Below, piece after piece: positions 1 through 17,354 of a stretch of 64,000 bases of DNA (positions within the stretch are counted from its first letter, which is position 1; each line of letters opens with the position of its first letter). The notes beneath the pieces are model-generated. The model worked only from the letters and a program-made list of their open reading frames with translations, was not told where the DNA came from and did no database searches. Both the position numbers and the translations under genes were made by a program. Origin of the DNA: the human T2T-CHM13v2.0 reference genome, Homo sapiens; NCBI RefSeq assembly GCF_009914755.1, contig NC_060928.1; one strand, written 5' to 3'.

Positions 1-60
1 CCTTTAAACCCTCCTCAGGAGCTCCTTAATGTCTACCCCAATAATCTACAGGCAACTGCA
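1..60 (+). CDS. CC2D2A: CC2D2A coding exon, 3' part only (truncated by window start)
   Basis: Reads PLNPPQELLNVYPNNLQATA and is followed by donor GTAAGT at 61. Joins in phase 0 to the exon at 6046. Confidence 0.9.
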
Positions 61-247
61 GTAAGTATTTCATAGTCAATAAGTGCTGTGCTAAAACTGT
101 TTTCACATTTCAATATATTGCCATTTTAATTACCATATTTCATAGTGCTTAAGATGTTAACTATATCGAGATCATTAATGACAAAAGTAATGATTAAAAC
201 ATTTTTATTAACATGAGGTTTTCTTCCTTTAGAAAAGTCTGAAGGCA

Positions 248-548
248 GCCGGGCAGTGGCTCATGCCTGTAATCCCAGCACTTTGGGAGGCCAAGGCGGG
301 CAGATGACTTGAGGCCAGGAGTTTGACACTAGCCTGGCCAACATGGCGAAACCCCATCTCTACTGGAAATACAAAAATTAGCCTGGTGTGGTGGTGCATG
401 CCTGTAGTCCCAGCTACTCGGGAGGCTGAGGCCTAAGAATAGCTTGAACCTGGGAGGCAGAGGTTTCAGTGAGCCAAAATTATGTCATTGCACTCTAGCC
501 TGGGTGACAGAGCAAGACTCTGTCTCAAAAAAAAAAAAAAAAAAAAAA
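248..548 (+). mobile_element. Alu (S-type)
   Basis: Dimeric Alu with A tail and an imperfect TSD, AAAAGTCTGAAGG/AAAAGTCTAAAGG. Confidence 0.92.
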
Positions 549-1149
549 GTCTAAAGGTACCAGGGATGACAGTTTCCATATGTTGGAAAATTAACATATG
601 GAAAATGCTTTACACTTCCAAAATGTATTACATAAACATGTTTTCATTATGTATTCTCAATCACTTTGTTAGGATTTGAACTGATGCCTCTGACTTCAGA
701 AGTTATACACATTCAACTGTACTAAGATAACTATCCAGTATTACGCCTAATGCTATATGCATCACTGAGTTCAAATTAAGCAAAATTTATTTCAAATATT
801 TAAGTATTTTCAGCATTTAGACCATCATTCCAAAGTACTTCCACACTGGGCCATTAAATATGCATGCACCATTCTCTGGCTTCAGAGCACCATACCCATC
901 ACAAACTTGTGTGAATCAGAAGGCATATGTTAACCAGGCTAATTTTATGTGGATACCATAACCCATAACTGCCTTTGGAGAGTGGATAATATAGGAAGTT
1001 ATTGCTACTAATAGTCACTAATATACTAATTTAGAAACAAGGTAATGATATATCTTTTTGTAGATATAGATGTATCAAAAAAAACCCCACTTTGTGTTCT
1101 ACATTTCATTTGCTTTTTATATTACACAATTTTTATAGAAAACAATAAT

Positions 1150-2209
1150 AGGGACTTCTATTCTACCTAGCATAGTAGATGTACAGAAAATTTCTCCCAG
1201 TAGAGAACACTTAAGAGTGATGAATAAAATATCTAATAAGTCATGGCTGAAATGAAAGTAAAGTGATAGGGAAAATATAAGAGACAAGAAATAAGAAAGG
1301 AAGATTCTACAATGATGAAAGCTTGAAATAGTGTTTGCTCTCAGGTCATCTGATAATTCCTAATGACTATAGCTGGGTTTCAATGACCACAAGGCTGTGG
1401 GACACAGGGATAATGCATGGGGCTACAGCAGCCTGGAAGACTGAATTAGAGACTCAAATGCAGAGTTGGGACTCTTCAGGATAATACCATCAATGGATAA
1501 ACTAGGAAATGCCCTGTCTAAAGAAGGAACACTGCCTGTCTCAGTCTTGACTTTGGATGGAAGAGAAAAAAAGAAAACTTTCTAACACCTACTCTGTATT
1601 TACTCACATTTGAGACTGGAATTTATACTACCTGTATAACCCAAAAAAACTTCAACTGAAAATCTAGTTGAAAGTATTTCCTGTTGGTAATGCCCCTAGA
1701 TCCCTGTTGAAAGCAAACATAAATACCACAAATATTCCTAGAAGAATGCCCTTCTAACTCAGCCTCAAAAAAATTCCACAGAAAAAAATTCCAAGAAACA
1801 TGAACATACAATGAAAGATCATCAATGAAGAAGTAAATCACCATAAAGAAGGTAAGAGTTCATTCACAAAAACAACAAACTGAAGAATCAGGCCATAGTA
1901 ACTCCAGACAGGAGAATTATTGGATGTAAAATATAACATAGACATGTTTAATATATTTAAGAAATTTGGGGAATTTAAAGTATAATTAAAAAACAATAGA
2001 GCATTGGAATTGACAGGCAGATTTTTTAAAGTACCAAGTGGAACTTATAACAATAAAAGATATAATAGTTAAAATTAGAAATTAAACAGGTTAAACAAAA
2101 CATTGAATACAGTTAAATAAGAGGTAAATTACATACAGTTAAATATAAAGAGAATTATTGAACTAGAATACACAAGCAAAGAAATTATTTGGAATACAGC
2201 ACACAGAAT
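1150..2209 (+). mobile_element. Old degenerate L1M 5'/ORF1-like fragment
   Basis: A-rich sequence resembling decayed L1 ORF1. Weak support and uncertain boundaries. Confidence 0.35.
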
Positions 2210-5630
<3,421 letters not shown>

Positions 5631-6012
5631 TTTGGTTCCCAAGTACTATTGGGAACCACATGTCTTGGTTCCCAAGTACTATTACCCTCTCAACCAGGGC
5701 TCCTTAGAGAAATGACTGCTTTCAAGACTGGGCCAAGTGAAAATGCAAGATGATTCTAGAAAGTCTTTTTATATCAGAAAGTAAAGTAGTGCGAAATGAA
5801 AGAAAATTAAAAAAGACTTGTCAAAGGGACACAGTTTCTTCATCTGTAAAGAATGGGTAATAACAATAACCTTCCATATAGGATGTTTGGTGAGGATGGA
5901 GATATTAATACAATATTTAGTGAGCATTAGTTTCATTTTGTACATGTAAATGTTTGTAATATTTGAGATTTAAGAAATGAGGTAGGGGATGCAGCATTCT
6001 GTTTTATTATAA

Positions 6013-6159
<147 letters not shown>

Positions 6160-6919
6160 TAGTAACTTGAGCTGACTTAATGAAATATTAGCTAACTGAC
6201 TTGCATAATTTTAAATTGCAACATTCATTAGCCATAAAAATCTAATTGGCTGTTTAGTAATATGAGCTAAATTTTGAAGTATTTTTTCTTCCTGGTTCAA
6301 TTTTCTCAAGGTTCAGAAGTTAACAAAAAATTAATTACACAAAAAATTTAAAAGTAACACTTCAGATGTCTTAATGCTGATTTACCCTCCCAGTATTACT
6401 GTAAAACTTCTTGGTTTTGTTCATGAAAAATACCAAAATTACATTCTATATTATAATTAGAAATGATATATTCCTTAATTTGTGGGCTTTGTAAGGCATG
6501 GCAAATTATTATTTATTCAGTATGTACTTCTTGGTCACTTACCACATACCAGATGCTGTACTAAATTCTGGCTATAAATGAAATAAACATAGTCTCTGCC
6601 CTCATGGAATTTACAATCTATGTATGCTGCATAATCTCTCAAATATATCATAGGTAGTATGAAACAAGCATATATTATCACAGGTATTAATTCTACTTCT
6701 GGATCTCATGTTGTACTGCTTTTGCATAAAACTGAACTGTATTATACAACTTCCTTTGAAGTATAGCCCTAAATTGAAGAAATTTAAGTGCACTTTAAAT
6801 TTTTTGTTCCCCAATACATTTTGGCAACATAAATGTTGACAATTTTAGAGATAAAATTTCTACAACTTTGAGACATCTATAAGAAGTTACTGAAAGACTA
6901 GAATTTGTGTACTCTAGAG

Positions 6920-7260
6920 CAGCAGTCCCCTTTTGGCATCAGGGACTAGTTTTGTAGAATACAATTTTTCCATGGATCAGTCAGAGGTGGAGTCAGGGAT
7001 GGTTTCGGAATGAAACTGTTTCACCTCAGATCATCAGGCATTAGATTCTCATAAGGCCTGCACGACCTGGATTCCTTGCATGTGCAATTCATAATAGGGT
7101 TTGCACTCCTATGAGAATCTAATGCCCCCACTGATGTGACAAGAGGCAGAGCTCACGTGGTAATGCTTGTTCACCTGCTACTCACCTCCTGCTGTGCAGC
7201 CTAGTTCCTAACAGGCCACAGACTGGCACTAGTCCACAGCTGGGGGACTGGGGACCCTTG
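6920..7260 (+). mobile_element. MER1B (hAT-Charlie non-autonomous DNA transposon)
   Basis: Termini CAGCAGTCCCC...GGGGACCCTTG with the internal GCATTAGATTCTCATA/TATGAGAATCTAATGC inverted motif. Perfect 8-bp TSD CTCTAGAG at 6912-6919 and 7261-7268. Confidence 0.9.
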
Positions 7261-7662
7261 CTCTAGAGCTAGACTGGCTTTACTACTTCCTAAGTGTTAC
7301 CTTATTAATCTGTACCTCAACTTGCTCATCTGTAAAATATGCAAATTGTTCTAGAATTAAGTAAGTTTAATGAAGTAATGTGCTTTAAAGATCGTTTAGC
7401 ACATGAACTATATATACATTAAAAATAAAAACGAAACTTTGAAATTTTTCTCCCCGACCCTACCACAATCATAGTGAGTATTGATTCTAGAAATCCACAT
7501 CATCAATGTCAGAGAAAACACCATGCCCACTAAAAGTGGTTTTTTAAAAAAATGAATTATCAACATAGTATCAAAATTTGGGGCAAGATTATAGGTCTTA
7601 CACTTCAAGACACTAACCTCTACTATGACATATTAGAATCCTGCACAACCAATCCAGAATAA

Positions 7663-7905
<243 letters not shown>

Positions 7906-8589
7906 TAACGATCCTTTGGGTTGCTAGGAAAGTGGCCCACAGATGCCGTAACGGGCAGAGAGAACTACCAGTGATAAGACATGAAATGGTTTTCAGTGGT
8001 CCTCAGGGCCCCATGCAACACTTCAGATTATTTTTTGGCAAACCCGAACCCTTTACCATCCAAAGCCCCCACCTAGCTCTGTCCTTTTAGTATGGGCCTC
8101 TTCCCAGCCATGTTCCCAAGAATTCAGATTCCCTTAATGATGTGGTAGTCTTCATGCTTTGCAATGAAGAGGATCCAAAGGAGTGTGTGTGGTAAGGTTA
8201 GAGATCTCTCCTTTCATGCCTACTGCTTCTATAGGTATCTGCTGCTAGCCTGGCATGCAAAGGGGAATAAGCCAGATAAGGAGGAATGAAAAGAACGTTA
8301 GCAGCTTTATTTTTATATTAACATTGTTATTTTTATTAGATTGGAGACTATTAGAATTTTTCCCTAGCCCACTACAAATATCCCTACATTTGTGATGCAA
8401 ATAGGTAAGTTTAGAAAATTCACATACATTAGAGCAGTTTATCCAAAGAGGCCACAAGGCTCTAGGAATCCTTGGAAATTCGATAGCATGAGTTGCTGCA
8501 AGGCAGGTAATAAAGTAGTATCATATTCATATTCAAATTCATTCTCCATCATTATCTCCCAGATAGTCTGGTCCCAATAAAAGAACACT

Positions 8590-8760
8590 GGGCTTGGAAG
8601 TTATAAGGCTGAAGTTCAAGGTTCTGTGCCCACTCCTCATTAGCTGTGTGACACTAAGTAGGTCACTCCACAACTCTGGGTTTTATAGAAAAGTGGGATA
8701 ATTTCTGCCCCGCCTTCCCCAGAAAACTGTTGTGAGCATCAAGTGAAATCATACAGGGGG
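8590..8760 (+). mobile_element. MIR fragment (others at ~10430-10600, 15310-15550 minus, 17760-17900 minus, 18270-18470, 47760-47940)
   Basis: MIR core-like motifs, e.g. TAGCTGTGTGAC here and CTCATCTGTAAAA or AAACTGAGGCTCAGAGAGG in the other copies. Confidence 0.6.
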
Positions 8761-9403
8761 AATAAATGATAACAATAATAAATAAATAATAATTTAAATA
8801 AATAATAAAAAAATTCTCATTGTAAAAATAGAACCTAACAATACGTAAGTATTCTGTGTAAAAAGTAGAAGTCCCTTGTCAGAAGATCCAGAATACCTTG
8901 ACAAGGGACTTCTACTTCCCCAACCCCCAATTCCACTCCCCTCCCCAGGTACAGTCATTCTTAACTGTTTGGTACATATCCTTCCAAATCTACTATGCAT
9001 TTACATAGTTACAAATGTTTATCAAATATAAATTACTATATTAGAAATAGAAATATTTCTATTCAAACATAATCAGCCTTCTATAGACTTAAATGGCAGT
9101 CTTACTGACTCTAAGAAGAAAACGCCAGTGACTGCTTATTTCCACTAATAATAGTTCTTCAGCCAATCTTAAGATATACTGGTTGAGTAAGATGATGACT
9201 GTCCTTTTTTGGTCATTGTACTAGTATCAGATGCAAGAATTTTGCAAAACTAAGCATTCGACTTTACTTTTTAAATTCAGCATAACCTAGAACTTCAAAG
9301 TAGTTTTCACCATTAACCATGAAATTTCAGAAATTAAGGGTCCAAGTAAAATAATGAATTGTCTGTGCAAACTACTATTGGCCTTCACTGCATAAATAGT
9401 TGA

Positions 9404-9589
<186 letters not shown>

Positions 9590-9674
9590 TAAATATGGTT
9601 AGCTGTCGTTTCTTTTAAATAACTGACCTATTGATTTAAATATTTTATGTAACCAAAATATTTATATAAATGAA

Positions 9675-9704
9675 TATATATATATATATACACATATATA
9701 TATA
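9675..9704. repeat. (TA)n microsatellite
   Basis: An ATATAT run interrupted by CAC. Confidence 0.85.
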
Positions 9705-10104
9705 CCAGTTAAAGAAATGCAGTGTCAAGCACAGTGGCGGAACTGTGCTAAATACAACTTTTGGTTCAATTAGTCACCTGACCTGCCCGAGAAGCAGAAT
9801 GACAAAGCAGAATAACAAAGGAATACAGGATTTAGATTCAGAGGACCTGAGTTTGTGTCCTGGGTCTGTCCTTAGTTTTCTCATCCAAAATAGAGTTTAC
9901 AATTTCTAATTCGTAGTGTTTTAAGAACTGAGGCAAATTTGTCACCTGAACAGATTGGGTTTCTCTGTCTCTTTCTCTCTTTCTTTTTTCAAAGGAGATT
10001 CCCAGGTCTCACCTGGCCTGCAATATCCCCAGGTAATTCTAGTTGCGCCAGTTTTGAGGGCTGCATGATTTTATTGTGAAGGGTACTAAATAAAGTAGTG
10101 GTTA

Positions 10105-10458
<354 letters not shown>

Positions 10459-10634
10459 TTACTAGTTGTGTGGGCTTGGGAAAGTCAATCTCTCACAGCT
10501 TCAGCTTCTTCGCTGGTAAAATGGAGGTAACAGTAAAGTCACTACTTTATAGAATAGTTGTGAGAAGTGAATGAGATTATTAATGTTAAGCACCTAACAG
10601 AGTAACAACTCTTTAATTATTTTTTTAATTATTA

Positions 10635-10914
<280 letters not shown>

Positions 10915-11107
10915 AAATTATTGAATGATTGTTTTTATGTGCTTCTGTCTATAAAAACTGTTTGCACATGCATCCCCAACATGCATATTTTTATGAATTA
11001 TATATATTTTCGTATCAATATACCAAAAACTACTTTAAACATGAAATCTATTTTTTTTCTTCCCATCCTCCTGGGGTATGGACCCTTCTCTGAAGACCAT
11101 CAGTCTA

Positions 11108-11405
11108 TTTTTTTTTTTTTTTTGAGACGGACTTTCACTCTTGTTGCCCAGGCTGGAGTGCAACGGAGCGATCTCGGCTCAACGCAACCTCCGTCTCTCG
11201 GGTTCAAGCAATTCTCCTGCCTCAGCCTTCTGAGTAGCTGGGATTACAGGCATGCACCACCACACCCAGCTAATTTTGTATTTTTAGTAGAGACGGGGTT
11301 TCTCCATGTTGGTCAGGCTGGTCTTGAGCTCCCGACCTCAGGTGATCTGCCCGCCTCAGCCTCCCAAAGTGCTGGGATTACAGGCGTGAGCCACCGTGCC
11401 CAGCC
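11108..11405 (-). mobile_element. Alu (Sp/Sq-like)
   Basis: Reverse-strand Alu with TSD-like CCATCAGTCTATTTT/CCATCAACCTATTTT. Confidence 0.92.
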
Positions 11406-14199
11406 CCATCAACCTATTTTTTTTAAGCATTAGTGCTAAAATTAGAGATAATATATGCCAAGCACGCAGCAAAATATCTGTCCTTCATGTGTTCAGCAAA
11501 TAGCAACTACAGCACTATTAATTACATATGTAAAGAGCACTGTGGAACACCATTCTCATGTTAATTATTATTTTTAATAAAAGTCATTATAATGAAAAGT
11601 GATCTGCTAAGCCTCATCTACATTTAGAGGATCATTTTAAGGTCATTAGTAATCAAGCAGGGTTAACAGGCACTGAAAAAGCCTTCAAATAACTCTGTTA
11701 TCTGTCAAAATTATTACCAGCTCTCAAAACAATTACTATATGGTTGACTAATTCTCATAATGCCAAGGTTTTGTGAGGAAGAAAGAACATTCTTTTCTCC
11801 TCTTCTCTGAGATGGGTAATAGTAGCTTATGATGTTGTGCATCCCCCATTGTAGCTCTTCTAAACCTGCTCTAAGCCTTGGCCACTCAGCAGAGGACCTC
11901 CTCCTGGCTTTGTTGTCCTGGCACTCTGAAACCTCAACTGCCCTCTACTCCACCACACAACTTCTTTGGATGTCAGTCTTTTTCCTCCTGTCATTCCTTT
12001 TCCAAGGAATAAGTCTCTTCCCTTTCCACTGTGCTTGTTTCCATTCCCATTCCATGCTCCACTATTCCATCCAACTAGCTCCTCTATTTTTTCTCTCTCC
12101 TCCTCTATCTATTGATACGCTCAGGGGTCCAACAATTCTAAAATACCCTTTTCCCAACCTGGCTATACACCTAAAACTACATTGCCTTTCTTCCCTTTCC
12201 TCCCCAAGTTCTTCAAATACTAGTTATATCTCTTGCTTTCACTTTATAAGCACACTCAGACCTTAACCTACTGTAATCTAGCTCTTCCTTCCTGACCATA
12301 CTGCAGAAATTAAACTCTGAGAAGCACCATTGTCTTGCTAATGAATAAATAAATCCAATGGCTGCTTCTCATTTTCACTCCTCTCCTTTTCTGTCATTTA
12401 ACATAAAAATCACAACTAATGTTCTTCATGAAAAAACACTTTCCCCCTCCGTAGTTTACTGATAAAGGACAGTTTGCTCTTCATTACTCTGCAGTTGTTT
12501 CTTATGTTTCTTTCAATGGCTCTTCTTCCCACCCCTTAAAAATAGAAGTTCCTCAAGATTCTATATTTAGAGTCTTCTAGGACCACACCTATTATTATTA
12601 ATTGTGGCTCTATCTAGTTTATCCTGGTAGAGAAGTGATAAATCTGTAACCAGCCCCAGAACCTTTGTCTTGAATTTTCAGCTGTTTGCTAGACACCCAG
12701 GTGCCTTATCAAAATCTCACACAGCACATGCAAAACTCAAATCATTTTCCCCAAAACCAGCTCCCCTTCCTGGCTTCCTATTTCTATCAATATCACTTAT
12801 CCTGATTCAAACCCTCGAATTATTCTTGATTTTCCCTCTCCCTTACTTCATTCTACTTCAATCCTAATTATAGAGGCCAAATCATACAGATGCTATCTCT
12901 GCTATTTCCCAGGTCATGCCATTATTGTTTTGCCCTACATTTCTATAAATAACTAACTAAATAGTATCCCCAATTAAGTTCACTTTTTGATACACGGATA
13001 CCTGATTAAGCTTTCATCACTTTCTGGCTCAGAAAGTACGAGGGGAACTTCACTGCATACAGATTTAAGAGTAAACTTTCCACCTTGGATCTCAAAGCCC
13101 TATGTATGCAGTGCAATTTCCCACTACTTTTCTGAACATTCCCTACTCTATAGCCAAATTGTAGTTCTTAAAGATCTTGTCTTGAGCCAATTTTCTGATT
13201 TGGATTCCAAGTCAAGGCCTCCTACCTTACTGGCTTCTACTTCTCTATATCCTTTGCTACTTTTTCTGTATTCTCCAAATTTGAAACATTAGAGATCCTC
13301 AAAGTTCATCAAACCTCTTTTCTACCTATAATTCCTCCCAGGGAATACCACATATATGCCGATGATTCCCAAGTTTATATCTCCAGCTCACCTAGCTCCC
13401 CAGAACTTCAGACTCAAATATCCAATCACCGACTCAACATCCTCATTTGGATGTGAGAGAGACATCTCAAACTTAAGATGCCCAAACTCCTGATTCCCCT
13501 TTGCAGTCTTTCCCATCTCAATAAATGTCAATTTCATCAGTCGGTTTTTTGGCCAAAATCCTTGGAGTCATCTGTGATTCCTCTCTCTCCTATATCCAAA
13601 CCAAATCCTACTGGTTCCACCTTCACAGTATACCCAGCGTCCAACCACATCTCTCCACTTTTACTGCTAGCATGTTCGTTCAAGTCACTGTAGCTCTCAC
13701 CCAGATTATTCAAAACAAGTGTCCTAACTGAAGGTTTCACCATTTAACCCTACCTTCTTTTGTCTAGTCTCAAAACAGCACAGAAAATTCCTGTTAAAAG
13801 GCAAATTGTCACTCCTCTACCCAAATACTCCAGTGACTTCCTATCTCACTTAAGAGTCAAAGCCTAAATCTTCATAATGGCCTACGGGACCTCCATGATC
13901 TGATACCCACCCTACCCACCTCTCTCCCCCTTCCTCTGATAATGTCACCTCTTACTTGCTCTCTCCAGCTTGCTCACTCTTTAAAACTACTTCATATTCC
14001 TTGCTGTTCCTCAAACATAACAAAGCACACTTTACATTTGTTGTTTCCTAGGCATAAATGACCACTGCCCCCTTACTGGATATCATCATAGATTTCTCCC
14101 TCACTTCTTGCATTTCTGATGAAAAGTGATTTTTCCAGTTAGAACTTCCCTGCCTGCCTTAAAATGCTCCATTTTTGTTTTCTCCACAGCCCTTGCACA

Positions 14200-14650
14200 A
14201 TTAACTACTGCCACAATAAAGACAGTAAAAACCCACCCCCAAACTAAATGGCTTCAAACATTTATTCTCAGGGATCTGAGTCAGCTGCGGAGGTTCTGCT
14301 AATTGAGGCTGGGCAACTCTGCTGCAAGTTGTGGTAGCAAGACAAGCTCTGCTTCTCACAGTAGATCTGTGGGTCAACTGGGAGAGCTCAGCTTCAGGTG
14401 TGTTTATTCTGGGATGCAGTGCAATGACAATGGCAGAGGTACAAAAGGACAAGCAGAAGCACACAAAGCCTCTTAAGGGTAGGCTCAGAAGCCATACACT
14501 GACTTCTGTCCCAGTCTACTGGCCAAAAGTCAAGGAGTGCAAAAGTGTATTTTTTCTCTTTTAGTGGGAGGAACTGCAAAGTAACACGAGAAAGGGTATG
14601 CATATAGAAAGGAGTGCAGAATTGGGGCTAATGATACAATTTACCACATC
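14200..14650. mobile_element. MLT1-type MaLR LTR (another remnant at ~20130-20510)
   Basis: Contains CCACCCCCAAACTAAATGGCTTCAAACATTTATT, typical of old MLT1 LTRs. Confidence 0.55.
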
Positions 14651-14685
14651 ATGCAACATCATCTGTTATCCCATGTGTCTACTTG

Positions 14686-14988
14686 GTTTTTGTTGTTGTT
14701 GTTGCTTTAAACAGGATCTTGCTGTCATCCAGGCTGGAGTGCAGTGGTGTGACCACAGTTCACTGGAGCCTTGAAATACTGGGCTGAAGCAGTCCTCCCA
14801 CCTCAGCCTCTCAAGCATCTAGGACTATAGGAACACACCACCACGCCTGGCTACTTCTCAAAAAAAAAAAAATTTTTTTTTAAGAGATGGGGGGTCTCAC
14901 TATGCTGTCCAGACTGGTCTTGAACCCCTGGCCTCAAGTGATCCTCCCGCTTTGGCCTCCCAAACTGCTGGGATTATGAGTGTGAGCC
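14686..14988 (-). mobile_element. AluJ
   Basis: Diverged reverse-strand Alu with a (GTT)n tail. Confidence 0.88.
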
Positions 14989-15971
14989 TGCCTGTTTACT
15001 TATTTGTTTGCTATCTTTTCTTATTAGATACTCTGTAAGGGTAGAAAATCTGTTTCATTCACTGCTTTATCCCCAGTAATTAGAACTGAGCCTCAACATA
15101 GTAGGTAGCTGATTAAATATACTGAATGGACAAATTCATGTATATAGTTACTCAGTATGACTACTGTATGCCAGGAGCTATGCTAGGTGCTAAAGATACA
15201 ATGGTAAATAAGGCACATAGTGAATGTCCTCAGGACAAAAGTCTAACAGCCTAATGTGGACACGAATAGACAGGCAATTATAAACAATGCTAACTAATAA
15301 TAATTTTAAAATAGCTAACAATTATTGAGCACTTACTACATACCAGGCATTTTTCTAAGAGGTACAGATTAATTAACTCACTGAATCAACTCAACCTTGA
15401 GGTAGATACTATTTATTATCCCACTGTTAAACAGAAGGAAACCGAGGCATACAGAAGTTACATTAATCATCCAAGGTCACACAAATAGTAAATGTTGGAG
15501 CCAAAATTAAAACACAAGTGGTCTGGTTCCAGAACCAACATGCTACGCTGCCTCACCAACACAAGGGCTATCTCAGAGAATGCGCATTGCTGTGGATGCA
15601 GAGATGAATGGACACTCAATTCAATTAGGAGGCTGGGAAGAGAAAGGTCAGGAAAGACTAGCCTAAGAAAGAAGTGGCCTTGGTTTTTATAACAAAAAAC
15701 AACCTCACTTTTTATCAAATCTACAGTCAACACTAAGGTACACCCCCAACTTCAGATAAAAAATGTGAAAAAATGGCCAATGACAACTCTATGATGCCAC
15801 TGATTGTAAAATACACACAATTTTTATAATCAAAAAATGACAAAATGTATGCGGCCTATATGAACACTTGCTGTCTCTCTGCTGCCTCTATGCCACACAT
15901 ACATCCATGCACACATACATGTGCATGTATACATGCTAACATATATGCTAATGTAGTCTTGTCTTTCTTAG

Positions 15972-16097
<126 letters not shown>

Positions 16098-17295
16098 TAA
16101 ATCTTTTATTAACAGTTAAATGTAGACAAAGTAAAAGATAGGAAATTATACTGGGTTACAAGATATTTTTTACCCCTGGGTAGTCTAGAACAGTATTTGT
16201 TTATCAAACGCATCTGAGCTCAACTCACAACAAGAAACAGATATATATGTTTACATATATGTGAAAGGACCAGTATACACATCTTACACACATGTGGAAG
16301 AAAAAGTTTTGATATAAAAAGTTTCATGACATAAAAAGTACCACAAAATGTATTCCATCTAAATTTTTTAAATGCTCATCTCAATTCACTAAATAGATTT
16401 CATAACTTTTAATGAAACATCAAGTTAAATTGCAGGGTATGATCCACTAGGGGCTCATAAAATTAACTTACAGGGTCCTGACCAGTAGTAGATTGTAAGT
16501 AGTAAGCATAAGCAGTTTACTAAAAGTTTTGTTTCATTTGATAGATATATGTATGTGTGTACTAGGTTTGTAATGAAATGTATTTTATACTCCGGATCTA
16601 CCTTTCAGAAAAAGCTTTGAAGAACATTACCCTAGAGAAATTCTCCCATATGTGTATAAGGTGATATATACAAGATTTTTAGTAGGAGCATTGCTTGAAA
16701 TAGCATAAGAGTTGGAATGACAGAAGAGAAAAATTATGTAACACGATGGAATATTTTACAGTAGTTAATCAGCATTAATGAATCTTAGTAAGCCCTCTAA
16801 AAATATGTTTGTTGCTGCCACTAAATATAAAGTTAAGGGAGAAAGCACAAGTTGCATGTTCATAAAACAATTATGTAAAGTTTAGAAAACATGTGAAACA
16901 ATAAAATGTTGTTTAGGGGTACATGTATCTGTAATAAAATCATAAACACATTGTGTTAATGAAGACAGGAATTTTTTTTCATAGCCAAATCCCTATCCCT
17001 CTCACCTATGAAAGTGCCTAGCACACAGCAGGCAATCAGTACTTGTTGAATGAAGGGGTGTTAAAACAAATTCAGGTCATGGTTACTTCTGTGGTAAGAG
17101 AGAAGAAAAATGAAATTGGGAAAGAACTATATTATGATGTTTTACTTTTGGTGGGTCATGGGTACATCAGCATGCATTATATTATTTTCTATATCTCGAT
17201 GTCTGAGATTTCATTGATTTTTAAGATTTTTAAAAGGATGTTCAAATTAACTGTAGGTGATTTTTATACTTTCTGAACTATTTTCTCTTCTATAG

Positions 17296-17354
17296 CCTGA
17301 AGAGCTAATTTACCAGCGCTCAGACAAAGCAGCTGCAGCTGAGCTACAAGACAG
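17296..17354 (+). CDS. CC2D2A: CC2D2A coding exon (59 nt)
   Basis: Boundaries tctatag|CCT...AG|gtaaca. Encodes PEELIYQRSDKAAAAELQD(R). Ends in phase 2, matching the next exon. Confidence 0.92.

Larger units (their letters stand above)
12150..15130 (+). mobile_element. Fragmented L2 elements interrupted by a MaLR LTR and an Alu
   Basis: C/T-rich L2 motifs (GATGATTCCCAAGTTTATATCTCCAGC, ACATCTCAAACTTA) and an L2 3' end at ~15040-15130 (TTCACTGCTTTATCCCCAG...CATAGTAGGT). Confidence 0.65.

Noticed and set aside
11829-13743. Leu/Ser/Pro-rich ORFs up to 145 aa
   Set aside because: They come from pyrimidine-rich decayed L2 or intronic sequence, with no splice-consistent link to CC2D2A and no domain motifs.
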